Source: Porphyridium purpureum (Eukaryota). Taken from it: 64,000 bases of DNA. Below are positions 23,618 to 34,454 of this stretch, one piece after another; within the stretch, counting starts at the first letter, position 1, and each line of letters starts with the position of its first letter. The stretch is taken from contig VRMN01000003.1 of assembly GCA_008690995.1 (NCBI GenBank), positions 186,001 to 250,000 of the forward strand, read 5' to 3'. The notes below the pieces were generated by a model, which was not told where the DNA came from, did not search any database, and worked only from the letters and a program-made list of their open reading frames with translations. Position numbers and translations under genes: made by a program.

Positions 23618-24817
23618 ATGGCGTTTGTGAGTGGACTGAGCCTCGGCGCAGGCGTCGTGGGCGCCAAGCGCTCGGGATGGTGCGGAGTGTCGCAGGGCCC
23701 GGTGCGCGCCGGCGCGCGGCGCGCGGCCGCGAACGTGTTGAGCATGCAGGGCACAGAGTATGAAGTGCCGGTGACGAGGCGGCTTTCGGATGCGCTCAAG
23801 GAGGCGGACGTCGAGCAGAAGAAGGCGGATGAGGCCGCGCGCAAGCGCGAGGAGGAGGATCAAAGGAAACGCTTTGAGCGGCAGCGCAAGATTGAGCAGC
23901 TCGCGTCGATTCCGGATAACACGCCCATCGGGACGGTCGACGAGTACATGTTCCGCGAAGGTGTTGCCGATGTGTTGGACAAGCTCGACCACGATCTCAT
24001 CGGCCTCGTTCCCGTCAAGAAGCGCGTGCGCGAGATTGCGGCGCTGCTGATCGTCGATAAAATGAGGCACAAACTTGGCCTGGAAACCGCAGTTCCCTCT
24101 CTGCACATGTCGTTCACCGGCGCGCCGGGAACCGGAAAGACCACCGTGGCCATGCGCATGGGTCAGATTCTGCAGAGAATGGGCTACTCGAAGCGCGGCC
24201 ACCTGGTGATTGCCACCCGTGACGACCTTGTGGGACAGTACGTAGGACACACGGCTCCAAAGACCAAAGAAATGATCAAGAAGGCCATGGGCGGTGTGCT
24301 GCTGGTGGATGAGGCGTACTACCTCTACAACGCGTCCAACGACCGCGATTACGGCCAGGAGGCCATTGAGATTCTTCTGAACGTCATGGAAACCGAGCAG
24401 AAGAACTTGGTGTGCATCTATGCTGGCTACAGCGACAAGATGGAGAGATTCTTTTCTTATATCCCCGGCATGAACTCGCGCATTGGAAATCACATTGAGT
24501 TCCCCAATTATGAGGTGGACGAGCTTGTAGACATTGCCAGGGTCATGGTGCGCGAGCTGGAGTACCAGTTTGATGAGAACTCGATCCCGATCATGAGAGA
24601 ATACATTCAGAAGCGCATGAACATGCCGTACTTCTCCAACGCGCGATCGGTGCGCAACACGGTGGACCGCGCGAGAATGCGAGCGGCGATCCGGTTGTTC
24701 AACCAAGCCGTGGATGGACATGGCGACGGAATGGTGAGCGCGCACGACCTCATGACCATCACTGCCCAGGATGTTGTGCGAGCAGACGAGCTGAGCGAGA
24801 CCCAGATTTCGGAATAA
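23618..24817 (+). CDS. cbbX: Nuclear-encoded red-type Rubisco activase CbbX, plastid-targeted
   Basis: MAFVSG transit peptide; LIGLVPVKKRVREIAALL, SLHMSFTGAPGTGKTTVA, TRDDLVGQYVGHTAPKT, DEAYYLY, FSNARSVRN. Confidence 0.96.
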   Translation: MAFVSGLSLGAGVVGAKRSGWCGVSQGPVRAGARRAAANVLSMQGTEYEVPVTRRLSDALKEADVEQKKADEAARKREEEDQRKRFERQRKIEQLASIPDNTPIGTVDEYMFREGVADVLDKLDHDLIGLVPVKKRVREIAALLIVDKMRHKLGLETAVPSLHMSFTGAPGTGKTTVAMRMGQILQRMGYSKRGHLVIATRDDLVGQYVGHTAPKTKEMIKKAMGGVLLVDEAYYLYNASNDRDYGQEAIEILLNVMETEQKNLVCIYAGYSDKMERFFSYIPGMNSRIGNHIEFPNYEVDELVDIARVMVRELEYQFDENSIPIMREYIQKRMNMPYFSNARSVRNTVDRARMRAAIRLFNQAVDGHGDGMVSAHDLMTITAQDVVRADELSETQISE

Positions 24818-25694
24818 TTTAGAGAAGTCTCTTGTAGGTGACTTGCATACCTCACCAGCGTGTGTGTATGTGATTGCGCGTGGGCGTGTGCGGATTTGGG
24901 GTTGGCTTCTTGGTGTGTTCCCACCCGTCCTCATCCTCCGTGTAGTCGGTGCCCCCGTGTGGACATGTGCTCCGTGGCGTAGGATTGACGGATCGCTTCC
25001 AAAGGTATTTCTTTTGGCTTTTATCGAAGGCTCTGGAAGTCTGCCTGAAGTTTCTTCTTTCTCGAGTAAATTTGGCACTGTGTCTAGTAACCATCTTCGA
25101 CGCCTCGTGCCAGAGTGATTGGTGAGCCCACGAAGCATGTTCCGCGTGCCCCTACCAATCGTGTTTGACGTCGCCCGGGAACTCACATGCGAAAGTTCAC
25201 AGGGTACACAGACTAGAGTTGTGAATCTGTTCCGTTTAGAGTAAAGAAAGTGACCAAGATGAAAATCCGTACGCTTCGAACAGAAGCTCGCAACACTTCT
25301 ACAGCTGCTTGGCACACAATGCACGAAAAGGTATGCATGCAAAGCCGATACTGATGTGTCTTCGAATATAATACTACAGCGAAATGAGAAGCGCAATCTT
25401 TGACTGCGCCTCGGATCCACGAACAGAAAAGAAAGTAAGCGCACACCTCTCCCCTCCCTATCGACCAAGTCCAAGTTATAAAGTCAATTGCTCCAACAAA
25501 ACAAAAAGAGACACACACGCACACTCGCGAATCCGCAAAAGGCTACCACCACGTTAATTCTGTGACACATTACCTGCAGCAGCTTCCCACGCCCACACCT
25601 TCAAGGCAGACCATGAAGAAGCAAACCGAAGCAAACCGAAGCAAACAAAAGAGAGCTTCCTGCCAAATGAAACATCCGACCAGGCAGACAATCT

Positions 25695-28600
25695 TTACGT
25701 CTGGATCGGGTTTTCTGTGAGCGTGCTGGCTGTGATTGGCAACTCAGGCGCAAACGCAGCTTCCATCGAGCCCGCGCCGTCACCAAGACCTGGTAATCTT
25801 GTCTGGTCAGCAATGATGCCGCGTCGAAGCGCGCGATGACCACCGGCTGCCTGGAACGCGTCTCCCATTTGTGAGCCGGGCATAATGGAGTCTTCTGGAA
25901 CGCTGGGCGCAGTGACGTAATACGAGGATACCACCTTTGGCGGGGCTCGGACCGGCGCATCCCCGCTTTTCTTGGCCTCTTGTCTGACTTTCTCTGCCTG
26001 TCGAGAATTCCACATCACAAAGATAAAAGCAACAAGAAGCGTCACGCCGAGCAGAAGGCCACCGATCCAGCCTCGTGAGTCCTCCACGTAGATATCTGGT
26101 TGCATGAGACCGACGGCAACCAGGCCGTAGGCAGTCATCAGCTTAATCAAGATGTTCATCGACGGGCCGCTCGTGTCCTTGAACGGATCACCGACTGTGT
26201 CGCCTGCAACGGTTGCCTTGTGCCACTCTGAGCCCTTCGCGTTCTTTTTACCGAACATGCCACCCTCTGTCAGCTTCTTCGCGTTATCCCAAGCACCGCC
26301 GGCGTTCGACATCATAATGCCCATCATATAGCCTGAGCCGATCGCAGCCAGGAGGAGGCCAATCATCGCCTTTTGCCCAAAGCCAAACCCAATGATGAGC
26401 GGGCTCATGATGGCCACACCTCCTGGAAGCACCATTTCAATGATGGCCGAGCGCGTCGAGATTGCCACGCACTTGACGTGTTCTGGTCGCACGCCAGGTC
26501 GACCTTCGCGCAATCCGGGAATCTCACGGAACTGACGGCGCACCTCCACGATCATAGCTTGCGCGGCACGGCTCACACCGAGCATTGTCAGAGCGCCAAA
26601 AAGATGCGGGAGCATGATCCCCAGCAGTACGCTTGCCACCACATAGATGTCCAGCAGTGAAACCTGATCATAGTCCGTAACGTGTGCCTGCGTCGAGCCA
26701 AGGCCATACACCAAGTTGACCGGTGACGGTGCGAGACCAGCGTCAAACACGACTGCCACAAGCAACGCGTACGCAGTCAGGATCGCGGAACCATTGCTGA
26801 AACCCTTACCTGTTGCCGCGGTAGTGTTGCCGAGTGCGTCAAGTGCATCTGTTGTGTCCCTCACCGAGGACGGTAGCTCCGCCATCTCGGCAATTCCACC
26901 GGCGTTATCGGCAACAGGTCCATACGCATCTGTCGCCATGGTGACACCAAGCGTGGAGAGCATTGCAACTGAGGCCAGGGCGATCGAATAGGGCCCAAAC
27001 AAATTGTAGACACCTACGATCACTGCAACGACCAAAGCAAGCGGGAGCACAGTTGAGAGCATCCCAATACCCAGGCCTTGAATAATGACAGCGCCCGCAC
27101 CAAACTCACCCGACAGTGCAATGTTCTTGGTCGGCCCGTACGTTCCGGCTGTGAAGAACTCCGTAATGAGACCAATGATGATGCCCAGGAAAAGACCGCA
27201 CAGAATCGTGATGAAGAGCCGCCACGCTACCTGGTCCGGTGGTGGAAAATCAAACCCAATGATGTCAATCGGCTCGTAGAAGCTGTCCACGAGCACTACC
27301 GTCGGAATGAATAAGTTCTGGCCTGTGACCGGGTTGCTAGCCGGGAAGCACGCGTTCGGATTATCTGGCGCCAGCCTGAAGGTGGGCAGATCCGCATTTT
27401 TGAATCCTCGATGATCCAGAAAGTTAGAGCTGTTGCCAAAGAAGCCCCAGCACAAGCCCGCGGAACCGGCAATAATCAGAATAGCCGACGCAAACACATT
27501 CAGTCGGAGCGACGCGAGCAGCGCTTCCATGACTTCGTGCTTGGACGATTCCGGGTTCAGAGCCTTCTTCGGCACGAACACGTGTACCGTGCAAATGACT
27601 GAACTTATAACGCCGACGACACCAAGCATAAACGGCAACGCAATGAAGATGGTGTTCGAGCTCCACGTATCCAACAGTGGGTACTCGGTGAAGAACGAAC
27701 CACGCTGGCACAGATAATTCGCATACGACAAGCGCAGCGGGTAATTGAACGGTCCGCACTCCAGGTCAATGGGAAGGTGCTGATACACACACAGCGCGAG
27801 ATTGTTGTTGAAGTAGTACGGGAGCGAGGCGCCAAGAATACCCGTGGCAACAATACCGCCAACGTACGACTCGAACAAATCGGCTCCCATACCAGCCACA
27901 TCACCTACATTGTCTCCCACGTTATCCGCGATTGTCGCCGGGTTACGCGGGTCGTCTTCCGGAATGCCCGCTTCCACTTTACCCACAAGGTCGGCACCGA
28001 CATCTGCAGCTTTTGTGTAAATCCCACCACCTACGCGAGCAAACAGTGCGATCGTCGACGCGCCGGCTGAGAACCCAGCCAGTGCACGCACGTCGGCGAG
28101 CATCATGTAGATCGCAGACAGTCCGCAAAGCCCGAAGCTCACCACAGCAAGGCCCATGACGGCTCCCGCGCGGAACGCCAGATTCAATCCCTTATCCAAG
28201 CCTTCATACGCAGCGGCCGCAGTACGCGCGTTAGCGCGCGTCGCCATGAGCATGCCCACGAATCCAGTAATGGCCGAAAAACTCGCACCGAATCCGTACG
28301 CTCCCGCCGTGCGCCAGTTGACACCAACGCCGATCAGAATGAAGAGAACAAGACACAAAGGTACCACGCAAAGATACTCCATCGCCAGAAACGCCAGCGC
28401 ACCTTCGCGAATGAACACTGAAATTTCGCACATGCGCGCAGTTCCCACGTCCTTCTTGAGAATGGTGAACGCGTAGTACGAAATCACGGCCAGGCCGAAA
28501 ACACCAGCACACAGCGCAGCCCAAATGTATACCGAGGGAATGAAGAATGTAAAGGTCTTGAAAAGATAGTCCGAGTTCGGACCCGAGCTCACGTCCACAT

Positions 28601-29610
28601 AGGTGCACCAGTCTTCGATGTCGCAAACCGCCATGAAACCAAGGTACACGATCATGGGGATCAGCACCACAGTGAAGAACACCATGAGCACAATCATAAA
28701 TACGGACGTCGTCGCGTGGTCCTTCAGCATGGCCGGGTCTGCAACCATCTTCACTGGAGGCAAATCCTCTTCGTACGGGAGTTCGTTCGGCGATACGAGC
28801 TTGTAGCCAGTTTCATCGTATATCGGCTTTCTTGACTTTGCTTCAGGGGCCACTGCTTTGATATCGGCAGGATCAACACCTTCTCGCTCCGGCGGCACCA
28901 TGGCAGCTTCCGCGGGCATCATAGCTGGCTCTTCTACAGGTGCGACTGCTGCTGGCGGTGGCGGCGGAACTGCTGCGGGCGGTGCCTGCGCGGCTTCTGG
29001 CGGTGCCTGCGCGGCTTCTGGAACAACTGGCGGCGGCGGAGGGGGAACCGGAGCTCCTCCAGACGGTGCTGCTGCTACTGGCGGCGGTGGCGGCGGCGGC
29101 GGCGCTGCCCCACCTACTGGCGGTCCTCCTGCTGCTGGCGGCGGAGGCTAAACGAGAAGAGCAACGAATCGAGAAAACAGACCGGGAAAACCAGCACGAA
29201 AACAACAAGAACATGACAACCGTGTTGGACAAGAAGCAAATAAAATGTCAAAGTTAGTTTTCCGTTCAGCTTCAAAGTCTTGGACAAGGACACAGACATG
29301 CCTTGTGCGAAGGACACGGCATGGCCGAGGAGCACGCAGCAGCACGTCGGCGCGCGGCGACAATGACACCGCGGTCCGAAATCGCACACAAACACACACA
29401 CAAATTCTCCCTCTGCATGCACGAACAACGCCGCAAGCCGCGCATCCGCGATCAACCGACGCCCATCGGGTCGTCCGATCGCTTGTTCAACATGGCCCCA
29501 CACAAAGCTCTCCTAACGCGTGTCAAACGTACCGGTGGCGGCGGCGCTGGAGCGCCCGGTCCTCCCCCCGAAGGCGGAGGCGGTGGAGGAGGCGGCGGTG
29601 GCGGCGGCAT
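25695..29610 (-). CDS. Membrane-bound pyrophosphatase (K+-dependent type), 2 exons: 29610-29533 and 29147-25695
   Basis: GGGIYTKAADVGADLVGKVEAGIPEDDPRNPA, DNVGDNVGD, GNTTAATGKGF, GDTVGDPFKDTSGP. Phase-0 intron 29532-29148 (GTACGT...ACTAAC...TTTAG) joins a polyproline exon in frame. Confidence 0.93.
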
Positions 29611-30616
29611 GTTCCCGCAGTCTCCGTCTTCCCGTCCCTTGATTTCCCCCCGACAATCGACCCACACCCTCTCAACCCAGTCTCCTCCTCTCCGGCAGCC
29701 CGGTTCCCCACCTTTTTCGCCCCCCTCTCTTTCTACACACAACCCACGCGGAGCGTATGAAAAAAAAACCGCAACGAACAAGCACACGCACGCGTTGCCA
29801 GCCGGCACGTTTTGCTAGCAGCGTGGCGCGTTTTAGTATGCACGCGTCTGTAGCCTCATTATTCAAAACACAAAACGCAGCCCTGCAAAAGAATAATAAA
29901 AGCGCCCCACTTGGCGTAGGCAGCCTTCCGCGTTCAGCAACCAACCATCCCCCCCACCCAAACCACCCAACCACGCACGCGCGGAGGTACAGTGAGCATC
30001 ACGGCTAAGAATAGAACGTCGCGTGTGTTTGGCTAGACTCCATACGCCCAAGCCCATCTTGCCAGGATACGCAGAATCAGACCGGCCCTTCACAACAACC
30101 TCCCCAAGAAACCACTGAAAATTCATGTGGCTGGGGCTCGGGGCTACTGAGCTGCTGGGCTCATTTTATGTTCTCCTTTTCTTATAAAAACTAGGTGCGG
30201 ACGCGCGCGCGAGGGCGGCGGTACTGTGCGTTGCGGCGATGAAGGTCTTTGCCATTCCATTGCCATCCTCGCCAGGGACGATGCGAAGCGGTTAACGGCG
30301 CATCGGATGGGCGAGAAGGCGAGTGGCAGTAGGCATGCGCGCTCGACGCGAGCGCGAGCTCATCAATTGCTTGTTAGAGACCGAGTTTATGGAAACGCTG
30401 AGCTCTGCAGCTGATCCGCTCGCCCAATACCTCTACCTGCAAGGCCGTCGATCATCACGGCTAAATCTCCGGGAAACGAAACGACTGGAAACTTGAGACC
30501 GCTGGATGCAAAGCACGCGTTGTCACAATGATTCAGCGAGCTTCCGAACCAAGCGCGCCATCAGAGTCTTGCTTTCGGATCATCGTTCGTCTGCAGCGAG
30601 CTCCTCTTCCTTTAAT

Positions 30617-31271
30617 TCACCGCAAGTGCGACGACGCATACACGAACTGTGAAAAGTTGAGGTGGATGGTACCTGTGCCGTGCGGGTCAAATGCTGCGAA
30701 CATAGACTTGGCCGAGCTCAGAAACGACGCCATTTGGATGTAGTCATCCATTCTCAACACACCCCTCCGCTCAGGATCAAAGGCGACCATCAAAGACCGG
30801 AACGCGGGAGGGTCCAGAACGAAGCCGTTGCGCTGCAGCGCCAAACTCACCTCATGCGCATCGAGCACACCATTCCTGTCACCGTCAAATTCCAAAAAAG
30901 ACCTCTGCGTGTCGGAATGGAAAGGGGAGGGCGGGGGAAAACAAACAAAAAGGTATGGTCAGTCAAGCCGTCCTCGTCGCATGCCGGGCGTCCCGTTCTA
31001 TCACCAGTTACACGTCTACTAAAAGCCGAGGAAGTACACAAAAGAAACTCACTTGCACGGTAACAATGAAATTATGCAGCGCGCAGAACTGCTGAAAGTT
31101 GACCTGGCCCGTCCTACTGGTGTCGTAGATCCGTATCAGCATGGCGCACGCGTGCAACGAGAAGTGCATGTTCGCCGAGTTGAAAGCCTGCTGCAGTTCC
31201 CTGGCATCCACGGTGCCGCCGCGATCGGTGTCGACGGCATTGAACCACGCTCGCAAGCTCGGATCCTCCAT
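30617..31271 (-). CDS. Penta-EF-hand Ca2+-binding protein (ALG-2/peflin/sorcin-like), exons 31271-31053 and 30904-30617
   Basis: WFNAVDTDRGGTVDAREL, YDTSRTGQVNFQQF, FDGDRNGVLDAHEV, FDPHGTGTIHLNFSQF; intron GTGAGT...CTGAC...CAG, in frame. Confidence 0.88.
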
Positions 31272-31549
31272 TATGCCCTTCGTCCAACCTCTCCACTCGC
31301 TGCACGCCGTCCGCGCGCGTGTCCACTTGAACTACGCCGCACCCCACCCCCCGACCCAAACCGCTCGCCCGACACAACTCAACGCCAGCCCAGTGTTCTT
31401 ATAGCTGACGCAGCGCACACCTAGGCTTACAAAGAAACGTTCGCGAATCGCGCAGAATTACTTCACTTTCGCGATGTGTCCTCGCCGATTTGCAACGTCT
31501 CGTGCGCTGTAGACAGCACGAGAAAGCGCGCGGCGAGTGGGTCGCTACC

Positions 31550-32710
31550 ATGCCGTGCGACACGTTTGTGGCGCTGGGGTCTGCGGTGGCCGGGCGCCGT
31601 GGCGTGCTGTTCGCGAAAAATTCGGACCGGCCTGAAGACGAAGCGCAGGAGATCCGATGGATTCCGGCGCGACAGTACGCCTCAGAAGACGCACGTTTAA
31701 AGTGCACGTACATAGAGATTCCACAGTTGGCGCGTACGCACGCTTGCGTGCTCAGCGCGCCGGTATGGATGTGGGGCGCGGAAATGGGCGCCAATGAGCA
31801 CGGCGTTGTCGTGGGGAATGAGGCCGTGTGGACACGAGAGCCAACTGGGAATCAGAATGATGCACTGCTTGGTATGGATTTGCTGCGGTTAGCACTGGAA
31901 CGAGGCGGTACTGCCGCAGAAGCATTGAGTGTCATCACCGAGCTGCTGGAAGAGTACGGGCAGGGCGGCAATTGTTCGAACGACGAATCTTACTTCTGGA
32001 CATACCACAATAGCTTTATTGTTGCTGATTATCGCGAAGCCTTCATCCTCGAGACCGCGGGCAAGCAGTGGGTGTACAAGCGCGTCACAGACGGCGTTTG
32101 GAACATTTCAAATTGTTTATCCCTGCGAAGTGACTTTGACGGATCCAGCCGGGGTTTACTGGATTATGCCAAGTCGCGCGGCCTGTGGGATGGTATTGCC
32201 CCGTTTGACTGGCTAGCGGCCTTCTCGACCGCGGGAGCTCCGGAGGATGATTCTCGCTTTTGTGCGGGTCGAGATTTTCTTCGAAAACATCAAGGTGCAT
32301 TGGACATTGCGACAATGGGTCAGCTTCTTCGCCAGCACGCAGGCGGAATTTGCATGCACGGAGGATTCTCAAGCACAGGAAGTCAGATTTCGTTCCTTCC
32401 TTTACGCATACAAAGTGGCGAAGGTGCAGAAGGCGAGGGACTGTCCGCTCGTCATTTTTTCACCGGAACTTCGCACCCGTGCGTGAGCCTTTTCAAGCCC
32501 GTCGCGTTTTTAGCGAGCGGTGAACCGGACAAGTCGGACAGAGAATTATGGGATCTTTCTAAGCATCTGTCTGCTAATGTTGATCTTCATGCGTGGCGCC
32601 AGTCTGTTGAGGCGCTGCATTCAGCACCGAGCGGGCGCGATCCCTCTGCCGAGCCCCATACCCTGTTTGATAGAGAACGCTCCAAAATGAAGGAACTTTG
32701 CAGCGCATGA
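31550..32710 (+). CDS. Secernin-like peptidase C69 (Ntn hydrolase)
   Basis: MPCDTFVA, FAKNSDRP, WMWGAEMGANEHGVVVGNEAV, LLGMDLLRLALER, YHNSFIVAD. Confidence 0.9.
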   Translation: MPCDTFVALGSAVAGRRGVLFAKNSDRPEDEAQEIRWIPARQYASEDARLKCTYIEIPQLARTHACVLSAPVWMWGAEMGANEHGVVVGNEAVWTREPTGNQNDALLGMDLLRLALERGGTAAEALSVITELLEEYGQGGNCSNDESYFWTYHNSFIVADYREAFILETAGKQWVYKRVTDGVWNISNCLSLRSDFDGSSRGLLDYAKSRGLWDGIAPFDWLAAFSTAGAPEDDSRFCAGRDFLRKHQGALDIATMGQLLRQHAGGICMHGGFSSTGSQISFLPLRIQSGEGAEGEGLSARHFFTGTSHPCVSLFKPVAFLASGEPDKSDRELWDLSKHLSANVDLHAWRQSVEALHSAPSGRDPSAEPHTLFDRERSKMKELCSA

Positions 32711-32856
32711 GATAGCGTGTGAAGGCCGGTGCTCTTCTCAAATTATCTCGTGCCATGAAGGTTTGTTCATTGAGCATCGAGCCCCATGCTGGCTTCTTCT
32801 GCAGAAGCGATGTTAATCGGTTGGGAAAGCCGTGCGGAGTTTCATGCACGTACGGG

Positions 32857-33942
32857 TTACGTGCACCAATTGCGACGAAAATGTTTCACAACATCCGAAT
32901 CATTCATAAAGCGCGCGTAGCACATCTTCATAATTGTGTCAATGCACCTGCCATTCTCGGTCAGCCGCTGCGTTATCACTGGCAGGTCCAAAGGTGCGAC
33001 TTTCTCGACATGCACACCAGTCCAATTGAGCGCCTCACGGATCACAATCTCTGGTCGCATTAGTGCAGTCCAGTTGCTCACTTTTGAATCTCCAAAGAGA
33101 TAGAAAAAGTCGAGCGGGCCGTCAAAATAACTGTGAGCGGCTTCCCTGCGGAGCGTCGCGGCCTTGTCGTTTACGCCATCCCACGCGTCACACATCGGCG
33201 TCAACAGGCTATGATTCTCATGTCCTGGGGTATCTGGAATCGGTCTCAACGGTGCATAGACGTAACTGTCTTCCCGCAGACGAATAAAGTCGGTGTAGGG
33301 CGCACCGTTCTGGGCCTCCATTTCTTTCAAGTGCATGAGACATTCTCGCTGCATGAACCATTGGCGGACGTGGCCACGCGCACGCGCCCAACGACGCCCC
33401 TCCTCCATGTTCCACTTATCCAGTCCAGCCACATACTCGGCTCGCATCACCGGCTCCACGGGTTGATCTACACGCACCACCTTGACGCGAGACACGTGCG
33501 ACTTGAGCGCTTCCTCGATACTGTCATCTGTCGGGTAGTCCTTCTGCGCAACAATGGGGACTCTGCGGTTCACAAACTGGGCCTCTGACTCTGCACTCAA
33601 TAAAATCAGCGCATCAACGGTCCATCCATTTTGCGCGTTCACACTGAACACGTTTGTGATTTTGCTGTCCAACTCAAGCCTTGCCAACTGCCCCGTTATG
33701 CAAACCGCGAGCCGTTTTTCGTCGGCCCAATGAGTCTGCACGCCTCTGCGAGACACTCCCTCGGCAACGTCCATCTGCAGAGCCCGCGTCGGCCAAATCT
33801 CTCCGATGAACACGCCCGCCACAAACCCGCCCAAAATACAGGCGAAGAGCGCGACCGCGCGCCCGTTCTGCACAATCATCCCCATCGCCCAAGCCTTCTT
33901 GCTCGTTTCCTGCGCACCAGCGAGTAAGCTCGTCTTCCTCAT
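32857..33942 (-). CDS. Type II membrane protein, possibly glycosyltransferase-like
   Basis: N-terminal TM anchor; LAVCITGQLARLE...YTDFIRLRED...WDGVNDK motifs. Confidence 0.65.
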   Translation of the reverse strand: MRKTSLLAGAQETSKKAWAMGMIVQNGRAVALFACILGGFVAGVFIGEIWPTRALQMDVAEGVSRRGVQTHWADEKRLAVCITGQLARLELDSKITNVFSVNAQNGWTVDALILLSAESEAQFVNRRVPIVAQKDYPTDDSIEEALKSHVSRVKVVRVDQPVEPVMRAEYVAGLDKWNMEEGRRWARARGHVRQWFMQRECLMHLKEMEAQNGAPYTDFIRLREDSYVYAPLRPIPDTPGHENHSLLTPMCDAWDGVNDKAATLRREAAHSYFDGPLDFFYLFGDSKVSNWTALMRPEIVIREALNWTGVHVEKVAPLDLPVITQRLTENGRCIDTIMKMCYARFMNDSDVVKHFRRNWCT

Positions 33943-34454
33943 GTGCGCTCTAACCTCTCACAAGCGCCCTTGGCATCCTCTCTTCTTCCCCGGTCGTTGC
34001 TCTCTGTGCGTGCCGCGCGTCCCGGGCGAGACCGAGAACCGCAAGTTTCGGAGCGCCAAAGGCGGCAGCGCTTTTGTATCGTCGCTGCGTCGCATCAGAA
34101 GCTAGTCACACATCGTGTGTTTCTCCACTTGTCGCACGTCCAACGCTCTCCGCGTGCCATGCCATCCACCACTCCTCTCATTTTATTGATGTGAGCCATC
34201 GCCACCCGGCTGAGCGAATTGCAACCGCCGTACCCCCGCAATTGAGCGGGTGTACAGTGCAGAACGAGTCTGCGTTTTCGAGGCGATTTAAGTATGAAAG
34301 TGCTCAGGTATAGTTCAGTGGGGTACAGTGATGATTCTGTTCAGGAGGAGCGTGTGGACGCGTGTAACCGCGTGTGGAGGTGGGTGGGTGTGACGAATGA
34401 GTGCGTGGCTAGGAACGGAGAGCGAGGGTGCGTGGTTGCGCAGCGGTAGTGATT

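Noticed and set aside
23396..25474. 692-aa minus-strand ORF
   Set aside because: Antisense shadow of the codon-biased cbbX gene; no recognisable domain.
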